The notes under the pieces: generated by a model
What the model was told of the DNA's origin: nothing
The model's input: the letters and a program-made list of their open reading frames with translations, nothing else
Database searches by the model: none
Made by a program: the position numbers and the translations under genes
Assembly (NCBI GenBank): GCA_026026165.1
Contig: JAPEUD010000010.1
Location: 186,001-250,000, forward strand
Direction: 5' to 3'
DNA length: 64,000 nucleotides
DNA from: Sarea resinae
Lineage: Eukaryota
Shown here: in pieces, positions 23,960 to 36,448 of the stretch
How the letters are laid out: every line of letters begins with the position of its first letter
How positions within the stretch are numbered: the stretch's first letter is position 1

Positions 23960-26900
23960 GATGCTCGAAACGGCCCGAGAGGCCCACGAGATAGCCGCTT
24001 CTCTGCATTGTTCCTTTACTCTCAGCAAAAGAGAGGTGCTCAATTTTGAGCTGGAGCGACTCAGTAGGGAGGTTGCATAGATGAGTATGTGATACAGGTG
24101 AACGAGTAAGCGAGTGAACGTCTCTGTGGCGATAAGGGTATGTTAGGTAGCCAAGAACTCATCTAGAATATAGATGAGAGAATCATATCAATCAGAAAGA
24201 TAAAATGATGCAGAAGATACAGCAGAGAGCGGTGCGTTGTAGACGTTCGCTGATGTTCTTTGATCGTGAATGATGATGGAAATAGAACATGCGAGATAAT
24301 GGTGATGTTCGAAGAGTGAGCAAAGCAAAGCAAGACAGGGCCCGCTCGCAGGTAAACAGGTAATAGAGGTACGCAGGGTATGGATGTCAGCTTCCTCGGA
24401 CGCTGGTTTGAAATCCTATCGGATTTCACGATCCTGCGACCATTAGTGAGGGCTGGAAAATAGGTATCTGCCTTAGAGTGTTTGCAGGCGATCGCTGAAA
24501 TGTGCCTGCTCTTCCTGTAATATTAACAGAAAAGTAGGTGTCTCAAACCTTATGGATTATAGAAGTCGCATGCGCGCCCGCCGATGATCTCAGCCAATTG
24601 ATTGCAAGTTTGTTGCGAATAAGGTAGGTTAGTAGATAACTGCAATAAGGAGGTATTCCTATCCTCGGAATAGTAGATCCGGGATTCAACACAAGAGTTG
24701 TCCTTCATCGAGCAATAAATAACCTCTGGCATACCACTGTAGCCTTGTTCTGCAACGTCAGTGAGCCACACAATAGATGTATTAGCCACGGAAGGTAAAG
24801 AAATCAATAAGATGGGAACCAAAGGTCCCTGAGAATATCAGACGGTGCTTGGAGCAATTCACTCGTTCCTCTGAAGAGCGCTCACTCGGCTCTATCTACT
24901 AACCCAAGATGAGTGAGTGGTCGAGACATCCGAGCTGTCGTAGCAAAGAAAGAGAAACTCATGTGCCGTGGTGGGGATTCTGGGCAGGCTCGCCTGGTTC
25001 AAGGAATCGGCCAGACTCTATCATCTCAGCGGATGAGGCGTTTTCGTTCCCATGGAGAGAGCAGGAGCAAATGAGAGAGGCATTCAAAGCAAGCAGTCTC
25101 GTACCCCGTGCCATGACTGCTGGCAGTGAGTGGTCCTCCCAGATCCCCCAGATGGCCTCCCGGTGTCTAGTCTCCCGGTAGCCTCTTCGTCGCTCTGCTC
25201 CTCTCTTCTCCCGCCTTTCTAGAAGGCGTGAAGATGAAATCGTCCGAAAAGCCGCGTCCGCGTTGCCTTACCTAATGATCCGCTACTTCGTTTCGGGCCT
25301 TTCCGTCAAGTGAAGTAGAGCTGAGGCCGAGTCCACAATTTTACCTAACAGCTAGCAAGAAAGTTGGAGGCCCGTCAAGCCACGACTGGAGAAAGGTGGT
25401 TCCAGGAATGAGAGCCGTGAATACCCTTGACGCCAGACGGTGTACTCGGAGTAAACACTGTGGAGAGCACCAGAGATCAAAAAATCGTCGATCAAGGTCA
25501 CCATAATAACGCCTAAGCAGTCACAGATGAAACATAGAGTAAGATACTCAGGTGGTCAAAGATTCAGAGCACAGGAAGTGAGCAATCTCGCAGAATAGCC
25601 AAGGTAGGCAGGCATTAGCCGTCCACGCTAGATACTCCGGAGTAGACTCGACTGCGACGTCTGCAACGGGTATGATCTTCCCTTGGTGTCGAACCGAAGA
25701 GTCTCGGTCAGGAACGTGTGCTGTCGGTCATGTCTGTGCGCCTGTGCATTCAATAGACGGGCAAATATAGTGGTAGGAGCAGCGGTTAAGTTGGTTGAGT
25801 GGTATGTTACCTTCTTGCTATTGTTCTGGTAGTGGTCCAGATGGGTAGGGTCATGGGCGTTGTGGATTTCATTACCCTATAATCTCCCCACCACATCTGT
25901 TTCCAACGGAAAAACCAAACAGACGAGAGCTTCGTCAAACGTGCCAGAACGCCAGTCCATTTGACGTTTTTGTACCTTGAGTCAATTACCTAATAGCCCG
26001 CTTCCCCGTCCACAGGCTGCATCAGCCTGAGCGTAATTGAGGTTGCAGATTGCGTACAGTGCCACTACTGCGTTGCTATATGTATTGCACTCATGGGGTA
26101 AGGCTGAGCGGCGTCTGGTGGAGAAAGCGTACCTCCAGTGTTTGTCACGAACGCAGTACGACACCAATTGACGGATCTTCGATCTTCGGGATCGCTAGGT
26201 TAGAACTGACTGCTATGGTCGATTTTCAAATGGCTTCAACGATGGTGACGTTGACGTCGACATTGACGTTGGTGCTGAATAACCGGAAACAAAGGATGGA
26301 CCATACGCAGCTGATAGACGCCAAGGGCAGGGTCTACTTGGTGACAGGCAGAATTCAAGGCGTACGAAGTATTGTTTTCTTTTCCGCGGAAAAGGTATGA
26401 ACGAACGATGCACCACAACGATGTGGCTGAGGCGATCTGCGGGGAAGCGCAAGTGGATGGAGTGAAGCCTCCCTGCCTTACCCCGCCGCGCCCAAAGTCG
26501 AAAGGGCTGCTTTACCAAGATGTGGCCATTGCCGACGGAGATGAGATGCTCGAGATGCGATGAGACATGTCGGACCCGAGAGCATCTCATATCACGCAAG
26601 CCACTGTGCCGCTGGCGCTTGCCCTCTCGATTTGGTCTCATCATCCGTTAGTTGGATGGCGAGCCGTGGAAGAACGATGAATGCAGATGAGGTGGCTATG
26701 CCTGGATGTCTGCAGGTACGGAGTGCTACGACAGTGCCATTGCTGGCCGTGAGAAGCCGCGCACCAATGGGGAGCAATGGGCCGGCAGTGCTGGGGGACA
26801 AACCCTGGAGCCCTCGGCGTCCAAGGCTGAGCGCCCGTCCAGGCTGATTACGTGAGCAAAGCGCAGAGCAACATGAGCAAGTACGAGGGAGAGAAGGGTG

Positions 26901-29058
26901 AAAGAATTTAAAGTTGGGCGGTGAGGGACTATCGTGCGTGTGATCGAGGATGGCGAGAAAAAGCAAAAGGCGGCGAGGAGCGAGAGCGAGGGCTGATGGC
27001 ACTGGATTATCCATGTATGCCCTGGTACCGACCTCGGGATTGTCAAGCCTCCGATCGTCTCGCCTACTGAAGGACGCGGATACTGGTCGTGAATGCAGTA
27101 TCACGGCAGTGACGCTACTGGGAGATACCTGCCGGTGTACATGGGAATACCTGCACCGATCACCATACCGCGCACATGGGACTATGGCCTTTATTGCCGT
27201 AATTGACAACATCCGACCAACCAAGGCGACGAATGCCCATTCGCTGCGGCGGCCGGGCGTCTGATGAGAGCCGGAGAGAACTGGGGATCGTGTTCGTGTG
27301 CATCTCTCGATCCGGGGAATCAAGCATGGCCTCTTCTTTGCTTTTCTGGCCCTGCGGCGACCGACCCTGACCCTTGCCACGTAAGCCCAGCGTACGCTCG
27401 TCATCATCAAGGGCGTTGTGCCATACCGTCAGCCATCAACATCATTATTACTCACAGGATACCACCGCGGCGCCAGGTCGATTGGCGGACGTGGACCCCG
27501 TGAGCAAGTGAAAGGCCGTGTCGACGGTGTTGACGGCTGCGATTGCTCTTAGGGATCTAGCTCGGTGACAGAGTTCGGCTTCAGCCGAAAGGGAGCCAGT
27601 CGGCCAGACCAGAAGCTTTGGAAACCACAATGGAACAGAGTAGAGAGAAGAGAATTTTGTTCCAAACGAGCCGCCGTCGCGTAGTGTAGTCCGTAGTCCG
27701 TAGTCCGCAGGTAGTACGAAGTAGACCCTGGGCTCTACTATGAGTAGACGATGGACTCCGTACTCTACTCTACTCCGGGTCGAGCAGAGTACGGAGTAGG
27801 CGGGCAGGTGGGCTGAGTGAAAGGCGAAGCAGGTCATGGGCGACCAAACCAGCGCAAACTATGGGACTATGCGGGCCGGATGGTGCCATCGGGAAAAGCG
27901 TTGCGCTGCCGGACTACGAGAAATCTCTTTCCAATTCCATCCTTTGCACACCGGTGCGGTACCAGACACGTACTCCGGAGTATCGTCGTACCTCTGTCTC
28001 TCACCGATCATGGACCGACGGATGCCAGGGAGCAATATGAGAGAGAGGGGGGAGAGACGCGCTGGAAGCCGGGGGATCTGATCAAAGGCATCATGCCAGG
28101 GAGTATTCGCTCAATTCAGGGGCTTGTTCACGTCTGGCAGGTGTGCCACCGGGATGCGGTAGGGATGAAGGAACGGTTAGCAGTGGCAGCGGAAGGACTG
28201 GGAAGGACTGGCAAGTGGAACATCCATGGTGGATGCGAAGCCAAAAAAGAGTCACAAGGTCCACCGCGGTACCGAGAAGGCCTTGCCACAGCCAAGAAGG
28301 ACCTCGAGGTACGGCATCCGTCCGACGGCGACCTGGATGGTCTGTGGGCGACGATCAGCGGATGGTGGCCTGTGTCCGGACTCATCGTACTACTCTATGA
28401 GTGCGGTACTCCGGAGTCCTCTCGCGTACTGCCAGTACCGCCGTGTACCTTCCTCGACGTGAGAAGATTTCCTCCAGGCGCCTCGAGACCGGCTAGTACT
28501 TGCGCTTCCTCTCTCGCATCCCTGAGGCGATTGGAGGGGCCGGCCGGCTCATCACCATCTCGACCACGAGTAAGAGATCGTGCCCATGATCCAAACCTCC
28601 TACTCGTCGCACGCCCGGCGACGGTGTGACCCAAAGCAGGCCAAGGGAGGCCACCGTAGTTGGCGTTAGGTAATGGCCGACGATGCGATCGAGATTTCTC
28701 TCGTTGGCGTGCTGGAAGGCCGAAAATAATCATGAGGGCATGTTGACGATGATGGATACATAAGCCAAGCCTCCTCCGCCTTTTCCCATGCCGTTGCTCT
28801 CTGTTATGACCTCAGATCCAAGCATCAAGCATCAAGCATCAATCACATACCTTAATATCACAACGGTCCACGATTGTTGACCTCAGTAGTCTACCATCAT
28901 CGCTGATTGACTCGGCCCTGGGGCATCATCATCATCATCTATTGCCTTTATCCCCGATTCAGTCTCGTTCTAGCAGGAACGGGCTGTTATCGTGCGAACT
29001 CTAATCTCCCTCTACTTTCTCTCATATCTATCTTATCTCCCATCCCTCAACACCAACC

Positions 29059-30372
29059 ATGCCCGGACGCATCCTTAACTTCGGGCGCTCTCCCAATTCC
29101 TCCACTTCCTCACTCGACGACTTCTCCCTGCTGTCGAAGAAAAAGGCTCGAAGCACATCCGCCGAGAGAAGGCCCAGCATGGAGCACCTCAAGCGTGCCA
29201 GCTACACCGGCAAAAGCCCATCGGGGAGGTCCAGCCCGCGCATGATCCCAGAAAAGTCTGCTCGCCTGGACGTGCTCATTGAATCGCCTCCTCTGGTCTT
29301 CTACGGCCCACCTGAGAATTCGACCGGTGCACTTCTGTCGGGACAGCTCCGATTGCACGTCAGCGACCCGGACGTCAAGTTGAACAGTTTCAAGATGGAA
29401 ATGCTCGAGGTCATCTCGACGAAGAAGCCCGTTGTCCCTCATTGCCCCGAATGTAGCTCCAAGACCACGGAGATGTTCAAATGGGACTTTCTCAAAGAGC
29501 CCGTCACGCTGAAGCGAGGAGAGCATGACTATCCCTTCAGCTATCTGCTCCCGGGAAACCTTCCAGCTACCACCCACTCTTCTCTCGGTGCCGTCGAGTA
29601 TCACCTTTTCGCCAGAGCCATGACAGAGTCCGGTGAAGAAATCTCCTTCAAGAAGACACTCAAGGTCCAACGGGCTCTCATTCAAGGCAACGACAAAAAC
29701 TCAGTCCGAATCTTCCCTCCCACCAATATCACCTCTCACATCACCCTTCCTTCTGTCATCCACCCAATTGGCGACTTCCCTGTGGAGCTGCGCATGTCTG
29801 GACTGGTCACCAAGAACAAGGACTGGCAGACGCGCTGGCGCCTCCGCAAGCTCAATTGGCGCATTGACGAACACACGAAGATGATTTCTCCCGCTTGCGC
29901 CAAGCACTCTCAAAAGCTCGGCGGTGACGGCAAAGGTATCCTCCACCAAGACACACGCACCATTGGCGAGGAAGACATCAAGCACGGCTGGAAAACAGAC
30001 TACAGCGACGGTGACGGCCAGATCGAAATGGAATTCCAAGCCTCCATCAATCCCGGGTGCCAACCGCTTTGCGACCTCGAATCGCCCGCAGGTCTGCAAG
30101 TATCTCACAATCTTGTCCTCGAGCTCATTGTCGCCGAGGAGACCTGCCAAGGCAAGTCGAACAAATATGGCACCCCAACGGGAGCGGCACGTGTCCTGCG
30201 CATGCAATTCAATGCCGTGGTCACCGAGCGGTCCGGATTGGGCATCTCGTGGGACGAGGAACAGCCTCCGATGTACGAGGACGTGCCTGCATCACCGCCT
30301 TGCTATGCGCATGTCGAGAATTACGACGGCCCGCCATTGGAACATTTCGACGACTTGGAGCCTTTGCATTGA
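29059..30372 (+). CDS. LDB19: Arrestin-related trafficking adaptor Ldb19/Art1
   Basis: IESPPLVFYG....STGALLSGQL, CPEC, HDYPFSYLLPGNLPAT, SVRIFPPTNI, WRLRKLNWRIDE, GAARVLRMQF..TERSGLGISWDEEQPPMYEDVPASPPCY (two PPxY motifs). Intronless. Confidence 0.93.
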   Translation: MPGRILNFGRSPNSSTSSLDDFSLLSKKKARSTSAERRPSMEHLKRASYTGKSPSGRSSPRMIPEKSARLDVLIESPPLVFYGPPENSTGALLSGQLRLHVSDPDVKLNSFKMEMLEVISTKKPVVPHCPECSSKTTEMFKWDFLKEPVTLKRGEHDYPFSYLLPGNLPATTHSSLGAVEYHLFARAMTESGEEISFKKTLKVQRALIQGNDKNSVRIFPPTNITSHITLPSVIHPIGDFPVELRMSGLVTKNKDWQTRWRLRKLNWRIDEHTKMISPACAKHSQKLGGDGKGILHQDTRTIGEEDIKHGWKTDYSDGDGQIEMEFQASINPGCQPLCDLESPAGLQVSHNLVLELIVAEETCQGKSNKYGTPTGAARVLRMQFNAVVTERSGLGISWDEEQPPMYEDVPASPPCYAHVENYDGPPLEHFDDLEPLH

Positions 30373-30529
30373 AGTTGAGTCGAGACGAGAAGCACCATAC
30401 ACCATATACCACCGACATCTTTACATCGCCAATATCCATCTCTACTTCCTCTCTTCACCCATCATGACGTCCTATTTGCTTTATTCGGAGGATATACCCC
30501 TAGCGAAGCGGAAGCGAAGCGATAACCGA

Positions 30530-31970
30530 TAAGATCCGATCATATCATATCCGATCATATCATATCGCACGGAAAGAAACGACCATATCACGGCCTCTCA
30601 TCACATCACATCTCACCCACCAAACCCAAAAAGTTATCATTTTCATTTTCCCCCTTCCCTCTTCACTACGGGCGTTTAATCAATCACGGAAATCCACGGT
30701 CCCAGCCGTCGTCGCTGTTTCGGTCCCTCTGTTTCATTCTAGAGGCTGGCTAAGCGCGTCGATGCGAGCGGGTTGACCTTTTTTCTTGGGTGGCGCTTTT
30801 TTTGTTCTTGTTTTGCTTTTTGCTTCCAAGCGGCATTCCATACGTAAATACACACCTTACGTACGAATATACATACCTATGTATCGCGCAATTAGCGATC
30901 TGGCGGTAATAATGAAATGGGCTGGCGGGGTAATCAACAACGGCTTTCGGGGGATGATTTGGGCCTTTGAAATAACTTCTATCTATCTATCCATCCTCCC
31001 GGGTGGGGGCGGCGGGACTACTACTATCTCTATAATATGATACCACTTTTGTTTCCCGGACCCGTTCCTCTCTCTCTCTCTCTCTCTCTTTCTCTGTGTA
31101 GATGCGTCTTGTCTCGGTCTGCGTTATTTGAATAGGCTGTTTAATTGATATGTGGTCGTGTATGAGTCATGAAATATATCATTTCTGAGTATCGTGAATG
31201 GCTTTTTGGCTGAAACGCGATGGGCCCGTGAGGTGGGGTATATGGGTGGGGAGTGTGGAGTGTTAAGTCTAGACCTTAATTGATCCTGCTACGTACTCTA
31301 AAGTAAGTCTTTGTTTGTTTTGCCTAGATGTGCTTGCGTTCCCTCCTTTCTTTTCTTTTTTTCCCTTCTTGCCATGGAAGACCTCCTACGTTCTCTCTTT
31401 CTCTCTGTTTCTCTCTCTTTCTCTCTCTTTCTCTCTCTTTCTCTCTCTTTCTCTCTCTTTCTCTCTCTCGCGCTCTCTCCCTCTCTCTCGCGCTCTCTTC
31501 CTCTCTCTCCCTCTCCCTCTTTGTACCCAAATACGCGCAAGACAGCTAGCTATATATCTACATACCTTAGTAACAAAAAAGGGCATCTCATACCCCATAC
31601 CCCATACCCCTTTCCCCCTTTTCCCTTTCCCGAATACCTCAATCTCGAAATCATTGGCCAGTACATTCGCGCATGTTCATGTCCATCCATGTCCTGCCTG
31701 AGATGATCGCCCTTTTCCGTTCCCGGAATGCTCAATGTATGTGAACGCCGATTGCCAGGGTCCCGAATTTCCCCTTTCCTATGTTTTGTTTCTTTGAGAT
31801 CTGTTTGGCGTGTCATGTCGTGTCATAGGGTGTCGTGTCGTGTTTGTAGCATGTGGCCTGCTGCGTCTGGGTGCCCTGGTGGAGTCGTGTGTCCTGTTCA
31901 GGCTACCCGCTCTGTCTCTCTCTCCCTCCCTCCCTTCGTCTCTCCCTTCTTCACGTACTCACTCACTCAA
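30530..31970. repeat. Microsatellite island 3
   Basis: (ATCAT)n at about 30538, (CT)n at 31067-31094, (CTCTCTCTTT)n at 31393-31520, (CCCCATA)n at about 31590, (GTGTC)n at about 31810-31840. Confidence 0.9.
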
Positions 31971-32971
31971 TCACCACATCTTATACCCGCCCCAGACACA
32001 CCACGCGCCCGTGACCGCGACGCTGGCGACGGCGAATCCGAGCCGCATCTCCAGCACGCTCCACACCCACAGCGTGCCCAGCGGCGGCGCGTGCTTCATG
32101 ACGGCGTAGTAGGCCTCTTCGTGCGCGGTCGTGATGATGCGCGTGGATGCCAGGGTCGAGATCGCGAGCAGCACGAGCTGCGTTGCCGTGTGCGATGTTG
32201 GTGTTAGCGGGGATGTTGGCGTCCGGGTGGCGGCGGGAGAGGGGGAGGGGCTGGTTGGAGAAGATGAGGATTCGGGCGGTGTGGTTTTGGTGGCGCTGCT
32301 GGCCGGGTGCAGGTACGGGTGTGCGAGGTAGGCTGTTATGAAGAGGGCTGGATGGGGGGACATGAGGCGCACGTTAGTGAGCGTATTGGGTACATGCATG
32401 CTCTCGAATGCTGGATATGCTGGCTGCGGCATGCTCCGCTGGCTGCGATTTCAAGGAAAAAAGAAGATGGGGAATACTGACCCACAAAGGCCCGTCCCGA
32501 TCGCCATACCAGGCCATCCCATTCGATACTCATTGCGTATTGATGTGCCACCAGCACGTCCAGGGTGAAATGCAGCATTGTCAGCGTCGAGGCCGTGACG
32601 AGGGCGTTCCCGGACCGGCCGATCGGGTCTTCGGTGTCGTAGTCCGAGGAGTCTTCATCTTCTTCTGAACCGTACGGTGGATTACTTTCGGCTCGGCTCT
32701 TCGTCTTCTGGTACCGTTTGGGATTCCGGAGGGAGGCGGGGGATATCGTCGTGCTTGGGTTCTGCGAAGATGATGGCTTGTTGTTATTATTGTTGTTGAG
32801 CTCTTCGGCGAGCTGGTAGAGGGTCTTCGTTTCTGAGGACCGCGACGTGGGTGGGGGGCGGGAGAGTGGAATTGAGGGTGTGGACGTCGAGGAGGGAGAG
32901 GCCCCGTTTGAGCGAGCTTGAGCACGGCGTTGTCTGCGATTTTGGGGCGCCGCAGATGACGACTGAGACAT
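31971..32971 (-). CDS. Conserved fungal membrane protein of unknown function (2 exons)
   Basis: MSQ..NRRQRR, IPLSRP, KTLYQLAEE, TLTMLHFTLDVLVAHQYA, intron, then YYAVMKHAPPLGTLWVWSVLEM...WGGYKMW. Confidence 0.8.
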
Positions 32972-33429
32972 GATCGTGTGTTGCCTAAAGCGTATCGAGA
33001 GATTCGTGAGAAGGGGAGATCCAAAATCTCCAGATTGATGAGGCTGATGCTGATGCTGATGCTGAGGGTGAGTGAGTGAGGATCTCGCGACGAATTCATG
33101 CATGTGTTTTGTTTGCGCCGTTTGCTTGCTCCAGCGGAACCTCTCCGCCCCCGGCGCATCCGCATCAATAATAATCCGACCCCTGACCCAGCCTGTCGGA
33201 CCCCCCGGAGTCTCCCGTCCCGCCGGTCCACCCCCATACGGTCCGGAGTACCATAACCTTCCGCATCCGTCGTCATTTCCCTCCCACCAATTAAGCCACC
33301 TATCCCTCGTGTGTATAGTCCTCGTCCTCCGCCTCCTGATTCCTCCTCTCTCTCTCTCTCCCGCTCCACACTTTACCTCCAAGTCTCCAGCCGGCGCGCG
33401 CACGCCTACCAAGCCTCTTAACACACACA

Positions 33430-34445
33430 ATGCAATGGACGACGCTGCTCGCAGTCCCGCTCCTCGTGGTCGCCGGGTGGCTCTACACGGCCTACATGAG
33501 CAGCACTTTCCCGACGCTGCGCAACAAGCGCATTTGTTTGCTGATTGCGCATCCCGATGACGAGGCCATGTTCTTTGCGCCAATGGTGCTGGCGCTGACG
33601 AAGGAGGGACTGGGCAATCATCTGAAGATCTTGTGCTTGAGTAGTGGTATGTTGATTCAGGTTCTGGTGTTTGTAATAAGAAAATGGTGATGGTGGGGGC
33701 CACGCGGGGAACAAAAAGAGGAATTGGGATCGCATACATGGCTAACTCCAATCCCTCTCTCTAGGGAATGCGGATGGATTGGGCGAGACTCGGAAGAGAG
33801 AGCTCGTCAAGAGTGGCATGCAGCTAGGGCTACGAAAAGAAGATGATGTTTTCGTCATTGAAGACACGTACGAGACTCTCTATCACCCCATCGCACCTCG
33901 TGCACATTCTAATTCTCATCTACAGAAACTTCCAAGACAGCATGACCGCGACCTGGGATGCGAAGCTGATATCCAACGTGCTCTCCCTCGCCTTTGCGCC
34001 CAACCTCTCCAAGGCCTCTACCGCCGCCGCCCCGCCCGCCACCATCGACGTCCTCATCACGTTCGACCGCCACGGCGTCTCGGGCCACCCAAATCACATC
34101 TCTCTCTACCACGGGGCGCGGGAATTCCTCAAATCGCTCATGCGCCGCCATCCCGGCTGGGACTGTCCTGTCGCGCTCTACACCCTTAAGAGCGTGAGTC
34201 TGGCGCGCAAATACGCGTCTATCCTCGAGGCGCCCGTGACGATCCTGCAATGCCTGTTCCGGAAGAAGCAGACAGGCGCGACGCCGTCTCCTCTGCTCTT
34301 CGTGAGTAGTATGCCCGCGTACAGAACGGCGCAGACGGCCATGACGACCGCGCATAAGAGCCAGATGGCATGGTTTCGATGGGGCTGGATAGCGCTGAGT
34401 CGGTACATGGTGATTGATGATCTGACGTTCGAGAAGGTGATCTAG
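33430..34445 (+). CDS. GPI12: N-acetylglucosaminyl-PI de-N-acetylase (PIG-L)
   Basis: N-terminal TM segment, LLIAHPDDEAMFFAP, LCLSS|GNADGLGETRKREL, LITFDRHGVSGHPNH, AHKSQMAWFRWGWIALSRYM. Two introns. Confidence 0.95.
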
Positions 34446-34590
34446 GGAACGATGCGAGGATCATTATTATACCCCCCCTTGTACCTGTTGTGCCCGCGTG
34501 TGTATGAACATTTCGAAAAGAAAGAGACATAAACAAAGAGAGAAACTTTCCAAGGCATCATCAACATGGTCAAGAGGGGTTTGCTTTTCC

Positions 34591-35933
34591 TCAAGCCGCG
34601 CCGCCGTATGACGCCCCTTCTCTTGTCCAACATCCACATCTTCTGCTATGCAGCATCTGCAACGGCGCTAATACGACGGTCCCTACGGCAACAATATAGG
34701 CCGCCATAGTGAAGCCGCCCGAGACGTCGCGGCGCGCTGTAGACCACCACAGCCCTACAGTCAGACTGAGAGCGACGGTCAGAAAGCCGAGAAAGATGAA
34801 GACAAAGCAGGCGCGGAAGAGGCGCGCGTTGTATAAGGTCTGCAAAACCTGCGAAGAGATATCGTGGGTCGTGTATGCGGTGAGGTGTCTGCTGGTGCCA
34901 GAACAGTCGGTTGTGGTGTTGGTGGTCGTCGTTATTTCATCGATGTCAAACGACGCCATTTGTACGCCACTGCTGCTACCCAGACCTTTATCATCTTGCC
35001 CTCCAACCCAACCATCAACATGTCTCCGTCTTTGCGAGACAATTGAGCCTCGCTGCGAATCGGCCAACAGCCTCTTCCCGGTTTCCTCCACCAACGCGGC
35101 CGTAGTGTCTTTAACTACCTCTCTCAATAAATCCACGCACTCACGAGTCAGCAAAGGCTCATCAAGTCCCACCCTCAATTCCGCAACGACCTTCCGCGCC
35201 TCTTTCACCCCGAGCCAACTTCTTCTTCTTTCCGCATTAGTACTCGTTGGCTCAGCAGCCCTAGGCACAACAAGCCCCGAAACCTCCAAGTCCATGGGCC
35301 TGAATCGCCAAGTCAGTCAAGCCAAATACGACCAAACGCTAGGAGCTGCTGACAAGAGATCGAAGGGAAAAGAGAGAGAGGGTGGAAGCCGTACGGATAT
35401 TCGCAGAGCCCCTCCCTCAGAATCTCCCGATGCTGGAAGATCCTTCGCCGCAGCTCAAATCCCCTAGCATTCCACCCCACCGGATCCCACGCGGCCTCGA
35501 CAATCAGCTGCTCGCCCGTGCCCATTGCCAGCACTCGCTGAACATCCACCAACAGTTCATTCGTTCCGTCAAGCAGCGCCGTGAAACTTTCTTTCAATCT
35601 GTGCTGGAGAGATGATCGTCTCACATAGTCTAGATCGCCTACACTAGTAACATCGAAGAACGAGATTGAATGCGCGCAGTGAAGCGATACTACTGCTAGG
35701 GTGTCTATTAAAAAAGCTCGAGAGCGTTCCATGCGGCCCATGAGATCGTACAGGAATGGCGGCTCGACAAAGGCGTCATAGGCGCGGGTCCCCGTTGAAT
35801 AAGACCGGTAGGCCGCTTCGTTGAGCCATTCGAAGGCGTCGAGTTGAAGATGCGCGATCGCTCGGTAGATCTCTCTCGTGACCAGAACCATTTTTTTCTT
35901 GTCGTTTTGCTTGGTTCTCTCTTGGCATATCAT
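34591..35933 (-). CDS. Hypothetical protein with two C-terminal TM helices (2 exons)
   Basis: ORFs 35313-35933 and 34591-35295 join in frame through an intron GTACGG...CTGAC...TTCAG (EYP|PMDLE). C-terminus FLGFLTVALSLTVGLWWS..DVSGGFTMAAYIVAVG. Start is uncertain. Confidence 0.6.
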
Positions 35934-36448
35934 CGAGGCGTTACCGCCATGCTGCTCGTCATCGCTTTTTGGCGAGCCGAGCGGGGGACGAAGGGAGTAG
36001 AACGAAAAGGAACGGATGGAGAGGGAGGGAAGGTCGACCGGTGAGGCTGAGCGAAGCCGATCAATGGTAGATAGAGTCTAAGCCCGTTCGTGTAGCTATC
36101 TGTACATATGATATATATACAAGGTATGTATGCAAAGGAAAGGAATAAACAAGACTCCACTATTCGTCAAGGGCCGTCCCTAACAACCGACAAGCTTGAC
36201 GTGGGACCGTAGGTGGGCCAGTGGGCGCTTACGCGGGCCACCCCGCCTCGTTCATCCATCTTCGATTTGAGCTGGAAATGAGCGAGGGATGCATTGCTGA
36301 TGTTGGTACTACCCGACCCGACGAGACGACCAACTGGACCTGTTTCACCAAGACTATGCGCCGCGACGCTGATAGAAATTAGGCAGCCATGGACGTGAAA
36401 AAACAGCAAAACATGGTCGATCATGAGAAAGATGGTGTTCGCAAAGAT

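Noticed and set aside
27262..27330. CTGATGAG resembling a hammerhead ribozyme core
   Set aside because: No stem II closed by GAAA and no compatible stems I and III.
26592..28629. 272-aa and 270-aa ORFs in the LDB19 upstream region
   Set aside because: Non-AUG starts, R/S/P-biased random-like composition and no recognisable domain.
31298..31706. Stacked (ER)n and (SL)n ORFs
   Set aside because: Artefacts of the CT-rich microsatellite.
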